Assembly: GCF_018977255.1 (NCBI RefSeq)
Contig: NW_024704743.1
Coordinates: 85,376,001-85,440,000, forward strand
From: Callorhinchus milii
Taxonomy: Eukaryota
Reading direction: 5' to 3'
Length of the DNA stretch: 64,000 nucleotides
Shown: in pieces, positions 1-12,879 of the stretch
Position numbering within the stretch: the stretch's first letter is position 1
Layout of the letters: each line of letters begins with the position of its first letter
Program-made: the position numbers and the translations under genes
The notes under the pieces: model-generated
Databases searched by the model: none
What the model was told of the DNA's origin: nothing
What the model saw: only the letters and a program-made list of their open reading frames with translations

Positions 1-140
1 TAATCTTTGAATTTGATATAGAACTTTTCACGTCTTCTGGACATCTCAAAGCTCTTCACAAAATATACTGTAAAGTGAATTGACTTTATATTTGTGGGCG
101 AAACACAGCAGCCAATTGCGCACAGCAGAGATTTGATAAA
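1..140 (-). mobile_element. 3' part of tRNA-derived SINE with L2-type tail
   Basis: Reverse complement of the tail of the element at 25697-26004. Confidence 0.8.
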
Positions 141-389
141 AACCAGCAGAACAAATCTGATGGGTTGAATGGCCTACTCATATTCCTATCTGGAATTTGC
201 AATGGGACTCTTCTGAATAAGAGTTGATAGCTCAATCATGAGTTAAAGTTAATGATTTTTCCTTGGAGAAATCTATGGTTCAATTAAGCATTTCTGCAAC
301 TCTCTCATTTTGAGAGCAGTTTTGATTTCAGAGAACAGAGCTGGCAGAAGGCGAAAGAGAGAAGAAGAATGCGGTTAGCAATACAATTC

Positions 390-570
390 AATGTACACTT
401 TATATAGTGCCTTTCACGTCGAGAAGATACCTCAAAGAGCTTCACGCTGCTGGCTGGGTACCTGAGTTGGGGGTGGGAGCAGAAGCAGATGTGGAGGGGA
501 AAGATGACTGAAATCACGATCAAAGAGCTATGTCTTAAGGCGTGTCCTGTATAAGGGGAGGGGTGAAGAG
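390..570 (-). mobile_element. L2-like LINE 3'-end fragment
   Basis: tttatatagtgcctttcacgtcg...ctcaaagagcttcac is the reverse complement of the L2-type terminus seen at 10629-10817 and 59870-59930. Confidence 0.65.
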
Positions 571-1129
571 GTGGAAGAAAGTGAAAAAGAGAATTTAGTC
601 AGCAGAGGTTTAAAAGCAGTAATAGATCAAAGTAATAATGAAATAAATAAAGAAAACACAACTGGCAACAAATGCAAGAGTAAAAGAGAATTCAGATAGC
701 AGAGGAAGAATGCAGGAAAAGTTAAATGAAGTATGAAGTAATCATGAATTGAGCCGTTTTTAATGTCCTGCATCTGAGGAATTTAATTGTATGATAAATA
801 AGCATCATTGCTCTCTCTCTTTTAGATATATCACTTAACTGAGAGGTACGCTAAATGTCAACCAAGGAAGAGCAAGGAGGCTGTAGTGCAGGATGCTCAT
901 CTATAGAGGGAGTTACTGAGACTGCCAGCCTGTAGGCCGAGACATTTGGTATCCAGCCGTGCTGGATAAGATCGATAAGGAATCAGATGAGTGTTTGGCT
1001 AAAGTGTAGGAGGAAGCGGTAGAAACAGGTGAGAGCATAGACACCCATAAGTCTGTGTTCTGGCTCTACGAGTGTCTGTTCGTCATGTTCTGGTACACAG
1101 AACAGAATGAAGGGGAATACCCTGAGGAG

Positions 1130-1700
1130 TGTAAGAAGATTGTGGTGCAACAGGTCGACTGAGGCAAATGAATGGGGTTGCACATGATATCCTTTTGCTG
1201 GCCACTTGAGCATGGCACCGACAAAAGTTCCCCTAATCCTATTATTAGCCCAGTGATCTGAGGGATGTGTTGCATTATTGCAGGTCATGTTAAATGTGCT
1301 GAAAAATGGATAAATGTAGGGAACAGCACAAAGGCAAAGTTGTTGTTTCTGTCCATAAACAATTTGCCTTTTAATGGAGTTGGGATAGGTATTGTGGGAT
1401 CACTTCCTTTTAAAGGTAATTAAGGAATTGGTGTATTCTTACAGTGGTAAACTATGGTTCCAGGTCTCCTGATGCAACAACAATGAGATTGTTTGAAGCC
1501 ATTGAAATTACCAGGGCTTTACTGAAAATATTCTCACGGGTTGAATTCCCTGAAGAGATTCTATCTGACATCTGGACACCTGGATGGAGCTAGAGTTGGC
1601 AGAACTGCTTCAAAAGTCAAATGGCCATTGAGGGTGTTTGATGCACTGAAAACAGACATGAAAATTGTGACAAAGTGTTTGTAAATATTCAATGTGTGGA
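1130..1700 (+). mobile_element. Degenerate Gypsy/Ty3 LTR-retrotransposon integrase fossil
   Basis: Broken translation gives AHD..PFAGHL...YY*P..RDVLHYCRSC*MC (H2C2 zinc-binding domain), GIVGSLP, ILTVVNYGSRSPDA and ALLKIFSRVEFPEEILSD (from 1501). These match rve-core motifs DIVGPLP / ILV.VDYATRYPEA / IFSRVG.P.EILTD. Stops and frameshifts are present. Confidence 0.8.
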
Positions 1701-2759
1701 CATTAACCAAATAATATGGTTCCTATTGTTGATGTGTTCCTCTCCCACAAGGTTCACGGTCCTTACCCCTTCCAAAGCCTCCATGACCAAATAAGTCCAC
1801 CTCATGGATCATGAGTCATTTCAAGCATGACAAATTTCCTCACGGACACTCAACTTTACTTCCGGTTGAGATCTTTGACGCAGAGTAGCTGAGTGTGACG
1901 TTTCTTTAATTTGTTTTTATCTCCTGGGGCCCTCGTGAATTTAAAATCCCAGGCAACCAGTGAGCACCTGTCCTTGTCATTAGACAACACTGGTTTCAAT
2001 TTAGACCTGTTATGATCCTAAGGTCCTATGGGACCAAGCTTGCATGACTGAAATTCCTCCAAAAGGCTGCTTTGACTTATCTGACTTGGAGGAATTTCAA
2101 TATGTTTTCAGTAGATTTCAAACACTGGGGTCCAACTTGTGTTTTAAATTACGAAAATGTCTTAAGTATTGAATATGAATGTGCAGGAAGCAAACACAGC
2201 TTCCCGTGGCCAACTCAACACTGCTGTCAGTGCCAACATCCAGGTTGAATCGTGGCTTTGCTGAAAACTTTGTGTAAAGCTGTGCTTCCACAAACCAGCA
2301 GTCAAAGCCATGAGCCAGAAAATGAATATGTAACCTACCTTCAGATCATTGACACTTAACACAGTGGCGGGAGGGGGAGTGGTGGGGAAGGAAGTGGAAT
2401 ATAGCTTCCCAAACATCTGGATAATTCATAATCTATGAGGAAAGAATTTATTTAGACCACAAATTTAACCTTTATTCTTCAGCAGCAAGGCAGCATGGAA
2501 TTAAAAAAGCATGCAGTCCATCAAACCTATTCCCAATAAAGCACAATTATGAACTTAACCAACCCATTTCTCTTGCTCTTGGGATGAAAGCTATGTACAG
2601 ACACTGCCGTAATTCCAGAGCTCATCAAACATAACCTCCAAAATATTAATCCATCTTCACTTCCTCACGATTCAACTTGGTCTTTTTCCACCAAGAAACA
2701 AGATTATTCTCATGCCCCTTCCCAGCCCAGCAACACCAAAATCAAGAAGGATCCTTAAT

Positions 2760-3210
2760 TAATAATAATAAGCCTTGCAGTTGATATCAAGTCAAAACGT
2801 CTCGAAGCGCTTCACAAATTGTTTTTATCGAGTGTAGTATTTGCACTTAATGCTTATTTGTAGGCAATCACAGCAGACAATTTGCATATAGTAGTGTCCC
2901 ACAAACAGCCATGTATTGAACCAATTTTATCTGGAGGATTATTGGCTAGGACTCTGGGACACTCCCTTCGGTTTTCAATTGTGTTCGTTAACGTAGAGGC
3001 AGGCGACACCTCGATTTAATATCTCATCTGAAGGATACTTTGTCTAGCAATGCAATGCTCACCTTGCACTCAGTTGGTATGCCATAAAAATGTAATTTTG
3101 TTGTCGTCGTTAGCCTAGATTGTAATCGTAAAATCACAATGTGGGACTTGAACCCACAATCTTCTGACTCAGAGGCAAGCGCTATAAATAGGATTGCTGA
3201 GCCAGGTAAC
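2760..3210 (-). mobile_element. Deu-domain SINE (SacSINE1/AmnSINE-like), near full length
   Basis: L2-type tail, Deu-like body (cccacaaacagc, tctcatctgaagg) and a reverse tRNA-like head (gggacttgaacccacaatcttctgactcagaggc...ctgagcca). Confidence 0.7.
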
Positions 3211-4679
3211 TGTACAAACTAAAGAGTGAACAAATTATACCAGTCAACAGCATTGCTGGAGACACAGGCACTTTTAACAAAATATTTGAGGCCCAAGTAA
3301 CTTGGCTATTTCAATGCTACGCAAATACCACAAGAGGGCGCTGGTGCAGTATTCACTCAGTCATCCTATAAGCAGTATTCGAATAATAAACTATACAGAA
3401 TCACAGCTGTGTGACAGCAAACCAGTGTGCAGTGAACCTACTTATACACTAATCCTCTGTTCCACTGTAGCTGTTCGTGTAAACAGGAAAACCATTGCCA
3501 CAAGTCAAACCAATTCACAGAAAAATCAACAGTTTTACGAGTTGATTTGCCTATCTCACCTACAGCCTGTGAGTAAAATTATGTAAAATTAAACAACCAT
3601 CGCATGATCAGCAAAACAAAATTACTGGCTGCTGCTGGGGATCAGATCAGAGAACTATACACTCCATATAATCTTGAATATAATCGTATAAACTTGTGAG
3701 AAAAATGCATGACAGAAAAGAATGCCTTAGAAAAGTTTCATTCTACCTCATAAACCTGAGTGTTTCTCTTCATCAGAGGTATTATTCGTTGAATGGTTGT
3801 TCACCCCCTCTCTCTGTTTGAATTGTTCTAGTTCCAATGAAATGTTGCGCAGCAAGATTGTGGATGCAAGGGAAGTACTATGTATATTCTTACCATATGT
3901 TCCTGGAAATGCTTCCAGTACTTGCATCAGACCAATTCTACTCCTCCATCAAGAGCTGACATTATAAAAGGCTGGTGAACAGTCATTTTCCTGCCCCACC
4001 AATGTACAATCCTCTATGAGTCGAACAAGCAAATGCACCTGTGCATCTATGGTAAAGTGGCCCAGTCTCATCAAAAATATTTGGGATTGAGTTGTGAGTT
4101 CCAATTCACTGTTTTACCAATACGATGCTGTCAGTATTGTATGTTGCAGGCTCTGTCAGATTGCATGGATCCTGTGCATACCATGAAGGCCACAAAAAAT
4201 GTTATGCTAAATAGTTTCCGAATCCAAACTGTCCAATCTCCTTGCCCATTTTAACAAAAATATGGTGCACATTTCCGTAGGATGGTAACATTTTCCAGCT
4301 TGACAATATACAATTAGTGGTTTAGAGTTGGCAGATTTTCAAAATTATCACTGGTGTTAAATTAATGTCTACTATATGGCAGTACATGCCTCCCAGTAAA
4401 TGATTTGTTGTCTTTTAGATCCAGCATCTGTCATTTTTCAAGGGTGAGGTTGTTTGAAGTATATCCATTTTCTATAGTTGATCTGTTCAAGGAGGGGTAG
4501 AAGTTTTGCTCTCCCTGACCATTAACTTCCTCCTACTCACACAAATACCCCTGGTAAACCAGCCACCTGAAATCTCAGGTTGTTCTACCGAATGCACCTG
4601 CTGAAGACCCAAATTAACAGTTCACTGTCAGATCTGGCAGGATTGCACCAAGGCCTACTGCTCTGCCATTACCTCAGCG

Positions 4680-5925
4680 AAGTCATCCTTTTATTCCAAA
4701 GTCATCTTGGAAGTTAAGGACAATCCTTTTCTACTATAGACCAATTCCTCCGTCCATCTCCCATGCCTCTGCCATCCTCTCCTCCATCACCAAATGCAAG
4801 GAGATGATGGATTTCCTTCAAAGTCAAGGGGATCCCCTCTGCCGCCTCTAGCCCCTCTACCGCCACCTCATCCTCACTTTCCACTTCCATTCCAGGCCCC
4901 CCCTTCCATCCCTCCACACTTCTAACCCTGTCTCCCCCTCTTTGCTCACCTCTATCATTTCCTATGCAAAACCAACCCCCTTGACCCCATCCCTACCTCT
5001 CTCCTCACCTCCCAGCTCCACCTCTTTGACCCCTACTAACAGACCTTATTAACCTCCCCTGTCCACTGCCACCGTACCCATCCCTCTAAAGACAGATGTC
5101 ATCACCTCTACCCTCAAAAAACTTTCCCTTGACCCATCTCTGCTCTCCAACTACCGCCCCATTTCAAACCTTCCCTTTCTATCAAAGGTCATGGAATGAG
5201 TTGTCTCTTCCCACCTTCGCTCTTTCCTCTCCCAGCATTCTCTCCATGAACCCCTCCAATCTGGGTTTTGTTCTGCTCACAGCACGGAGACAAAGTGACA
5301 AATGACATTCTGGCCACCTGCAACTAGGGCTCTGTCTGTCTCCTTGTCCTTCTCGATCTCTCGGCCATTTTCAATACTGTTGACCACTCTATTCTTCTCC
5401 ACCGCCTCTCCTCTCACCTCCTCCTCAATGGTTCTGTTCTTGCCTGGTTCCAATCCTACCTTTCCCACCTTCTGCATTTCGTGGGCACCGACAGCTTCTC
5501 CTCTAGCCCCCACATTGTCACTCTTCCCTCCACAAGCTGCAGATTATTCAGAACTCTGCAGTTCGTGTCCTCTCCCGCACCAAGCCCTAGGAACCTATCA
5601 CCCCCTTTCTTATCCGGCTTCACTAGCTCCCCATTCCTCAGAAAATTGAGTACAAAATCCTTGTTCTTACCCTCAAGGCCCTCCCTGGTCTTGCTCCCCC
5701 TGCCTCTCTGACCTCATAACCCTATATCAGCCTGTCCACTCCCTCCACTCGGCAGACACTGGCCTGCTTCAGGTCCCCCACACTTCCCGCCCCACCATTG
5801 TTGGTCGGGCATTCAGCATCTCTACCCACAAACTTTGGAACTCCATCCCGCAATCCCTTTGCCTCATCCCGTCTTGCCTCGTTCAAGTCCCATCTGAAGA
5901 CCTTCCTATTTGGCCATGCCTTACG
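4680..5925 (+). mobile_element. L2-clade LINE fragment (degenerate reverse transcriptase and 3' region)
   Basis: Contains cttgacccatctctgctctccaactaccgccccatttcaaaccttccctttctatcaaagg (LDP...NYRPIS.LPFLSK) and cacagcacggagaca (HSTET). Its 3' region is shared with other copies in the window. Confidence 0.85.
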
Positions 5926-6939
5926 AAAAAATGTAGTTTACCAATGGTTAATTTTAGCTAAAAGGTGGTCTAATGTCACCAGAGCACCTCATAGTGGCGC
6001 ATACCTGTTAGAATCACAATGCTGGAAGGAATTTTTTTCATTAGAAGTTACAATCCCAATTACACACCCAAGGCCAGTTTTAGCTTTCACTGGATGGGCA
6101 GAATCATTCCATTGATAAAGTTTAATGCTAATTCTACAAATATTATTTTGGGGTTAAATACATTTTCGGCATTTTCACTGCTAAGTCACATTAGCAATGT
6201 GAATTCAATGCAGAGAAATAATATTATCATTGAAATAGAAAAGCACCAAGTAAATCAATAAGCAAAGTGCGCAATAAACTAAATGAAACCTAGTAATGAT
6301 TTTTCCTCCCTTTTTCAACACTAAACATCTGTTCAATTAAAGCACATGTAAATAGAATCTAACCTCTTTGGACAGACTCTCTGAGCTGAAAGACCAATCC
6401 TTGTTTTTATGTAGGTACATGACTAAATTTACTCCTCTGGGTGCAATTTAGGCTCAGATGAGTAAACTTGTCAACAGTACAAAGCTTGGCAATCCACACT
6501 TAGTTGGCAGATATTCAAACCAGACACTAGGTGGAAGCACATGGCTATAGTACACCTACATTGGGTGCTGCTGCACAGAAATGGTAAGTAACCCTTGAAA
6601 ATGACCTGGTCATTTTTCCAATGACGTGTTGACTGGCACTTATTCTTTCCCCTCTGGCATTTTCTGTCTGTTCAATTGTAGTATATCTTGTCCAGGCCTC
6701 TAGGAGTTAATGAGATTATATGCCACATGTAAACTAATGTTATCACAAATTTAAAGTCTCGGACATACAGTTTTATTTCTGTGAGGGTAAACGTGAAAGG
6801 GATAGTCATTTCTTAAACACATTTTAAAGACGTACAGTATATCTACATTCAGCTGTTAAGAAGGAAACATACAGTATATAGTCAGCATTGAGATCTTGGT
6901 AATGTTACACCTGTTGGATTATATTTTTTTAAAGTTATA

Positions 6940-7180
6940 ATAATATAAAATCTTTGCATTTGATATAGCGCTTTTCACATCTTCTAGACGTCTCAAAGCA
7001 CTTCACAGAATATACTGCAAAGTGAATTGACTATATATTTGTGGGCGAAACCCAGCAGCCAATTGTGCAAGGCAGTGTCCCACAATCAGTCGTGGATTGA
7101 CGTGACCAATTTATTATTGTTTTTTTTGAAGGATTATTATCAGGCATGTGGAGTAAGGAAACTTGCCCAAGGTTTCACCC
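6940..7180 (-). mobile_element. tRNA-derived SINE, lacking head
   Basis: Reverse complement of ~25765-26004, including gagtaaggaaacttgcccaaggtttcacc. Confidence 0.85.
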
Positions 7181-9384
7181 AATGAAATCTCATCATTTGA
7201 GCATTCTCTGGTATCATAAGATCTATGCAATCTCCCTTAAACTCATTTCCATTGTTGTTTTCTGCTGGCCATTTTCCAGTTCTTACCACACAGTGGAAAT
7301 ATTTCCTAGGCACATGCATAGATGCCAAGCAATTAATTTCTGACTTGTTAAACTGAATCAATTTGCATAATGTCTTCCTAAGAAGAGAATCCAAAGTTTT
7401 GAGATAATTGAATATAACGAAACATGGCAGCTCACAGAATTGTGATTTAAATCACTTATTTGAAGTAGTTGACCTAATGTACATTCTGCATTCTTATTTT
7501 GCAATCTTAATATTGATTATTAAATATACTGGTGTGACTAGCATTTACAAGTCCAAAGAACAATATGAAATGCAATCAAATTCCACATTATGGGATATTT
7601 GCAGTGACATTCTGGAACTCCAAGCATGTGTGCAATGCAAAATCAATGTAAATGCATTTTACTGACATCCAGCAATATGGATTGTGTCCACAGAATGTTG
7701 AATGTTGTCTGTACATCATGAAGAGAAAGAAGAAATGCTTCCACATTGGCCTAATAAGTGAGAAATGAGCTTCTTAACGAAAGAAGCATTTAAAAACACT
7801 TAGAAAATTTAGTGGAGGAATATTTGGAGCATAGCATAGGACATTAAAATAATAATATAATAATAATCCTTGCATTGATATAGATCTTATGCGTATACAA
7901 TGCATTCATTGGCTATGATACTTATTGACAATGAAGATGTTCTGCACAAGCAGGATGAATATACCACATTACAAATAGTGCTGCAAGAATACATCTGGAG
8001 ATTTAGCACTTGTGCAACACAAAAGTAGGCACCTATTTTATGGGGGAGGATGAGGTCCAGTTTTAATTTGATATAGTATTCTGAAACAGATCGACTATTG
8101 TCAACAAAAAAAATTTAGACTGTTGGATTCTAATACAATTTGGTTACTGCTTTAGTATTGATTCACTGACTACTAATATTTTGTATTTATATTGTGTCTT
8201 TCATATTAGAAAATATTTCAACGCTTTCCACAAAGATGGAGTTGGAGCTGGAGCAAGGTGGGAGGTATTGGGTACGAGAGGGGACGGCGAAAGGCATCGT
8301 CCAGAAAATAGGTTTTTAGAATGATTTGAAAACAGAGAAGGAAGAGGGAAGAAAAGTTGCTGTAAGTTTGCCTGCCAACGGTGGAGCATGTGTAAGTTAA
8401 CAGAGCAAAGGGAGAGGATGCATGACAACCATGAAGTTAGCAACCGAGAGGACTTCCAGTGGGTTGGGTGAACACATCTGGGATTCCCCAGTTATGGATT
8501 ATTTTGCTGCTCCTGCAACTTAGACCCCAATGTGTAAGTTACTCTAGAGCTAGATTCTGTGGTTATGATTAGATGAATGGAATACCAGCATTATTCAATT
8601 CTCATAACACTTATGTGCAAACCAACTTCTCATTCAAATTTAAAACTTCTTGTACCCTGAAAAAGTAAAAATGTCCACATCCTATAAAGTACATGACTCT
8701 GTGGTTTACTATGTCTAAACCAGTCACAAAGACAAATGTTATGGGTTCTTTGCTCAGTGGGTATGTGGTCAGATTCACACGTGGTAGAAGTAACAAACTA
8801 ACAGTGGTAGTTATGCGTGCTGTTTATTACAGCTTGTTTAAACACAGCAGAAGTTTCTGTTTATGATGTTGGCTTCATCACATTGCTGTGTCAAATGTAA
8901 CGCAATTACAAATAAGTCAACAGTCAGTCAAATATTTTTGCTGCAGTATTTAAAGCTATTTGGGAATTTTTTAGCTTTTATTTATTTTTTAAAAAAGTTG
9001 TCACTATTTTTCTGAGGAATGCTCAACAAACTTCTGGTTTTAGAAGGGGGAACCATGCTTCATTTACTTCCTGATGGTACCATATGTGGGTTTCAAAGGG
9101 ATTTATTTACACTAAGTATTGTGATTATAAACACATGGATAAAGCTTTGCCAACCTATTGTTCATCGATATTTCTTTTAAATGAAGGCTAGACTTTTAAA
9201 CTTGCCTCCAAACACTTGAAAATGCGAAACAGAGCTGTATTTGGAATGAAAATTACAACATTAGCCAAAACATCAGGACTCCTCTCCTAGGAATACACCC
9301 ACTGTCAGCTCTGCTTTTTCCACAACCTGGAGCCAGACTTGACATAAAGAGCATGTGTTTTTGTAGTACTGTTGAATGTATTTT

Positions 9385-9690
9385 TTGTCAAATATTGTGA
9401 CTTTATTTTTGTAGGCAAACATGGCAGCCATTTTATGCACTGCAGGCTCTCACAAACATCTATGAGATGAAGGACCAATTAATCTAGAGGATTGTTGGCA
9501 AGGATACTGAGAGAAACTCCCTTCACTTTTCCAATGGTGCTGTGAAATATTTAATGGGCACTTAAAAACCAAGCAGATACCAGCGTAATTCAGTTCTGCA
9601 ATGGAGTGTCAGCATAGACTAAGAGTTAATATTCTAACTAAGGCTTGAACCCACAAGCAGTAAGAACAGTAACACATGAATCAAGCCATC
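9385..9690 (-). mobile_element. Deu-domain SINE, degenerate
   Basis: gtaggcaaacatggcagccatttt...ggcttgaacccacaa, similar to the copies at 2760-3210 and 44270-44640. Confidence 0.6.
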
Positions 9691-10031
9691 ACTGCGCTTT
9701 GCTGATACAATCACATTCAGAAGAAGAGATTTTAGGAGTTAAAAAAATTTATGTTTTTTTAAAAATAGCCTATTTGAAATAGTGTAGAGCACTGTTAATC
9801 GACACAGCAGTTAGCCTGATATCCACTTAGCTGCCCTCAGATGCGGAAATATTGGCAGTGAAATATTGGTGGAAAATGTTATTTGAAACATGCAATGTAA
9901 CCTGGAATGCTATTTTAGATGAGCCTAAACTGGTGGGTAAATATGTTCATTCAGCAATTAGGTTTAGGTACAGTATATATTTAGAGAGGGAGAAAGTCAG
10001 AGAAAGATGGTCAGTGGGAAGCATTGAGACA

Positions 10032-11112
10032 AACAACAACAAAATTACATTAATATAGCACCTTTCACGTCGGGAGAACGTCCCATGGCGCTAGACAGTC
10101 AGGGTTTCAGATCTGAGCTGCATGTTGGGATCGAGGAGGATGAAGGGCGGGGGGGGGAAGGAGGGTGACCAAAGGCACAGTCAAAGAGATGGGTCTTGAG
10201 ACAGGTCTTAAAGGAGGCAAGGAAGGGGGCAAGCCAGAGGGATTGCAGGATGGAGTTCCAGAGGTGGAGGGACTGCGGGATGGAGTGGGGGGAGAGTGGC
10301 AGAAGGTTCGTCCAATGGTGGGGAGGGCGGGGGACCTGAAGCAGGCCAGAGCCCACTGAGCAGAGGGAGTGGGCAGGTTTGTTAGCGGGTTAGAAGGTCG
10401 CAGAGGTAGTGGGGAGCAACACCAAGGAGGGCTTTGGAGATGAGGACCAGGATCTTAAACTGTATCCTCTGTGTGACGGAAAGCCAGTGGAGTCGGGCGA
10501 GGATAAGTTCATGGAGCCTGGTGCGGGAGAGGACATGGGCTGCAGAGTTCTGATTGATCTACAGCCTATGGAGGGAGGAGTTGATGAGGCTGACAAGCAG
10601 GGAATTTGTGTAGTCAAGCCTGGATGTTCAACCGTGCCTTCTCTTCAACCGTGCCTTCACCTCCCCTCTCGACTCTCTACCCCCTCCTTGCTCCCTCCCT
10701 TCCCTCCCCTCACCGACCATTTCCCCCCTGCTCGGGTCCCGACCCAACTGTCCAGCGTCTTGGGACGTCCTCCCAACGTGAAAGGCGCTCTATAAATGCA
10801 ATCTTGTTGTTGTTGTTGATGTTATGAATGCGTGTATGAGGGTCTTGGTGGCCTGCGGTGTGAGACAATGACAGAGTTGGGTGATGTTGCGAAAGTGGGT
10901 GAAGCCAGAGCCGGTCATGGCACGGATATGGGGTAGAAAGGATAGTTGAGGTTTAAACAAGATGCCAAGGACTGGCTTAGTAAGGTGGAATGTGCATCCT
11001 TGGATGGTGATGCTGACAGTACCTGAGGTGTGGAGATGCTGCCGAGAGCCAATCAGGAGGGCCTCGGTCTTGTTGACGTTCGCTCTCATCCAGGACTTGA
11101 TGTCAGACAGAC
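10032..11112 (-). mobile_element. L2-like LINE 3' fragment interrupted by a nested + strand L2 end (10629-10817)
   Basis: Reverse complement is colinear with 59190-59930. The ORF 10790-11143 carries the motifs CLSDIKSWMRAN and NKTEALLIG. Confidence 0.9.
10629..10817 (+). mobile_element. 5'-truncated L2 3' end with (TTG)n tail, nested insertion
   Basis: Ends in gtgaaaggcgctctataaatgcaatcttgttgttgttgtt and is flanked by the direct repeat GATGTT. Confidence 0.85.
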
Positions 11113-11221
11113 AATCTGGCAGACAAAGAAAGTTAACCAACAACTTCTATGCTTATACTGCCTTTTCCGTACAGTAACATCTTAAAGCACTTCAGAGACT
11201 AAATGGAAACTTCAGGGGTTA

Positions 11222-11760
11222 TTTTGGTCGGTCGGGTGTCTGACACTTACGGAAACCCATCACTATGTTTAAGGGTGTTCAAGCCAGACTTAAAGTTCCA
11301 CTTATGTATTTTCACCTACACACTAAAAATTTGCACATGTCTAGAATGGAATGGGAACACTTTTCCTGCAGGGAAACAACCTGCTTACCTAATCCCAGAG
11401 AGTGCTAAGGAAGGGTTGACAAGAGCCATTGGTTGGGGACACCAGACTGTGCATTGGGGTCCTGCTGGAGCTTAACCAGCTAAAACCACATAACTTCCCA
11501 TCAGGAAAAATGTCTGATGTCCTGCTGCTCACCCAGCTGTGACCACTCTACCTGTGAGGGCTTTAGCTTGCAGGGTTAACAGGAGTTGAATGGGAAGAAT
11601 GCCTGCCTCCAGTAACTAGTTGGCCCTTCCAAGTCCTGCTGATGGTTCTGTCATCAATGCTCTGGAGTAATGCAGACTCGCCTGGCTTGGAACTGAACCA
11701 CTAAGGCGAACAGAGGTTTGATTCGATTCCAACATTCTGTTGCTAAGCACGTTACCTTGG
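11222..11760 (-). mobile_element. Unclassified ~550-bp A-tailed interspersed repeat (copy 1)
   Basis: Aligns by eye with 20134-20665 (same strand) and 53415-53943 (opposite strand). Confidence 0.8.
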
Positions 11761-11909
11761 AACCAGATCAGCTCCAAAGAGATCCGCATTTACCTTCACT
11801 CTCCCCAGGAGGATGGAAATCTAAGCAAGGTGTGAAGTAGGAGAGAGTTGGCCATATGTGCAGTTGAAAATGTTTTTTAGAAGACCGTTGAATACAGAGA
11901 GGGAGTCAA

Positions 11910-12086
11910 TACTTTCTGGAATTAGGTAAGCAGGATACACCCCTCTGGAGAGAATACGCATTCCCTTCCAACAATCTCTCTCTGGGATTTCAATGTGCAG
12001 GTGGGATGCACGGAAATCTGTTTGGTTTGGATACTCTTAAGTGATGGGTTTCCGCATATCTCAGACACCCAACTGACAAAAAAAAG
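11910..12086 (+). mobile_element. Unclassified A-tailed repeat, 5'-truncated copy
   Basis: ggaattaggtaagcaggat...gtgatgggtttccgcat...cagacacccaactgacaaaaaaaa. Confidence 0.8.
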
Positions 12087-12139
12087 AGGGAGTCAACGAG
12101 AGAGTCAGAGGGAAACAAATAAAGTCAGGAAGCTGGAAT

Positions 12140-12320
12140 GTTAATAATACTTGCATTTTATATAGAGCCTTATCATGTCTTCGAGATGTCTCAAAGTGCT
12201 TTACAGAATATACTGTAAATTGACTGTAGATTTTGTGGGCGAAATGTGGCAGCGAATTGTGCACAGCAGTGTCCATCAGTCATGGATTAAGCGACAATTT
12301 TTTTTCCAGGGATTATTAAC
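12140..12320 (-). mobile_element. tRNA-derived SINE 3' part
   Basis: Reverse complement of the 25800-26004 tail. Confidence 0.8.
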
Positions 12321-12479
12321 AATCCGCCAATGGACTCACCCTTACTAATGTTAGAGAATTAAAGAGAAACAATCAGAGAAAGGAAGAGCAAAGAGGGAGG
12401 AATGCCATAGAGTGGTATTTAATTGTGTCAGCCCCCTAGGCCTGGTTTAGACCCCCAAAACCACTTTACACGAACTGCG

Positions 12480-12715
12480 CGGTAAACGTCCCACAAACAG
12501 CAATGCAGTGAATAACCAATTTTATTTGGGAGATTGCCAGCCAGGACACTGGGAGAAACTCCCCTCTCTTCTCAAACAGAGCGATGCCATGTTTAACGTC
12601 CGGCTGAAAAGGCAGACAGGCCAAGGTTTAACGTCTCATCCAAAGGCCGGCACCTTTAACAGTGCCGCCACACCCCCCACCCCGGCATTGCACTGGAGCC
12701 TTCAGCTTAGATAAT
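12480..12715 (-). mobile_element. Deu-domain SINE body just upstream of the promoter
   Basis: cccacaaacagcaatg...gccaggacactgggagaaactcccctctcttctcaaa...ggtttaacgtctcatccaaagg...gcattgcactggag. Confidence 0.75.
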
Positions 12716-12824
12716 GGGAAGTTCCAAACTACAGCAGGAGCTGGGAACAGGGAGAGAGAAGTGCACCACCAGTAACCTGAAGAGACCAATGATGCCTGAT
12801 GTCTGCACACCCCTCCCTCCCTCC

Positions 12825-12867
12825 CTGTCTGGAGATGGAGAGGCACTGTCTGGGGATGGAGAGGCAC
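12825..12867. repeat. 21-bp tandem duplication
   Basis: ctgtctggagatggagaggca / ctgtctggggatggagaggca, with one mismatch. Confidence 0.9.
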
Positions 12868-12879
12868 CAATTGTTTGCA

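Noticed and set aside
1..12800. Exons of a neighbouring protein-coding gene upstream of septin-7
   Set aside because: No ORF or exon with recognisable host-protein similarity on either strand, only TE relics and non-coding DNA.
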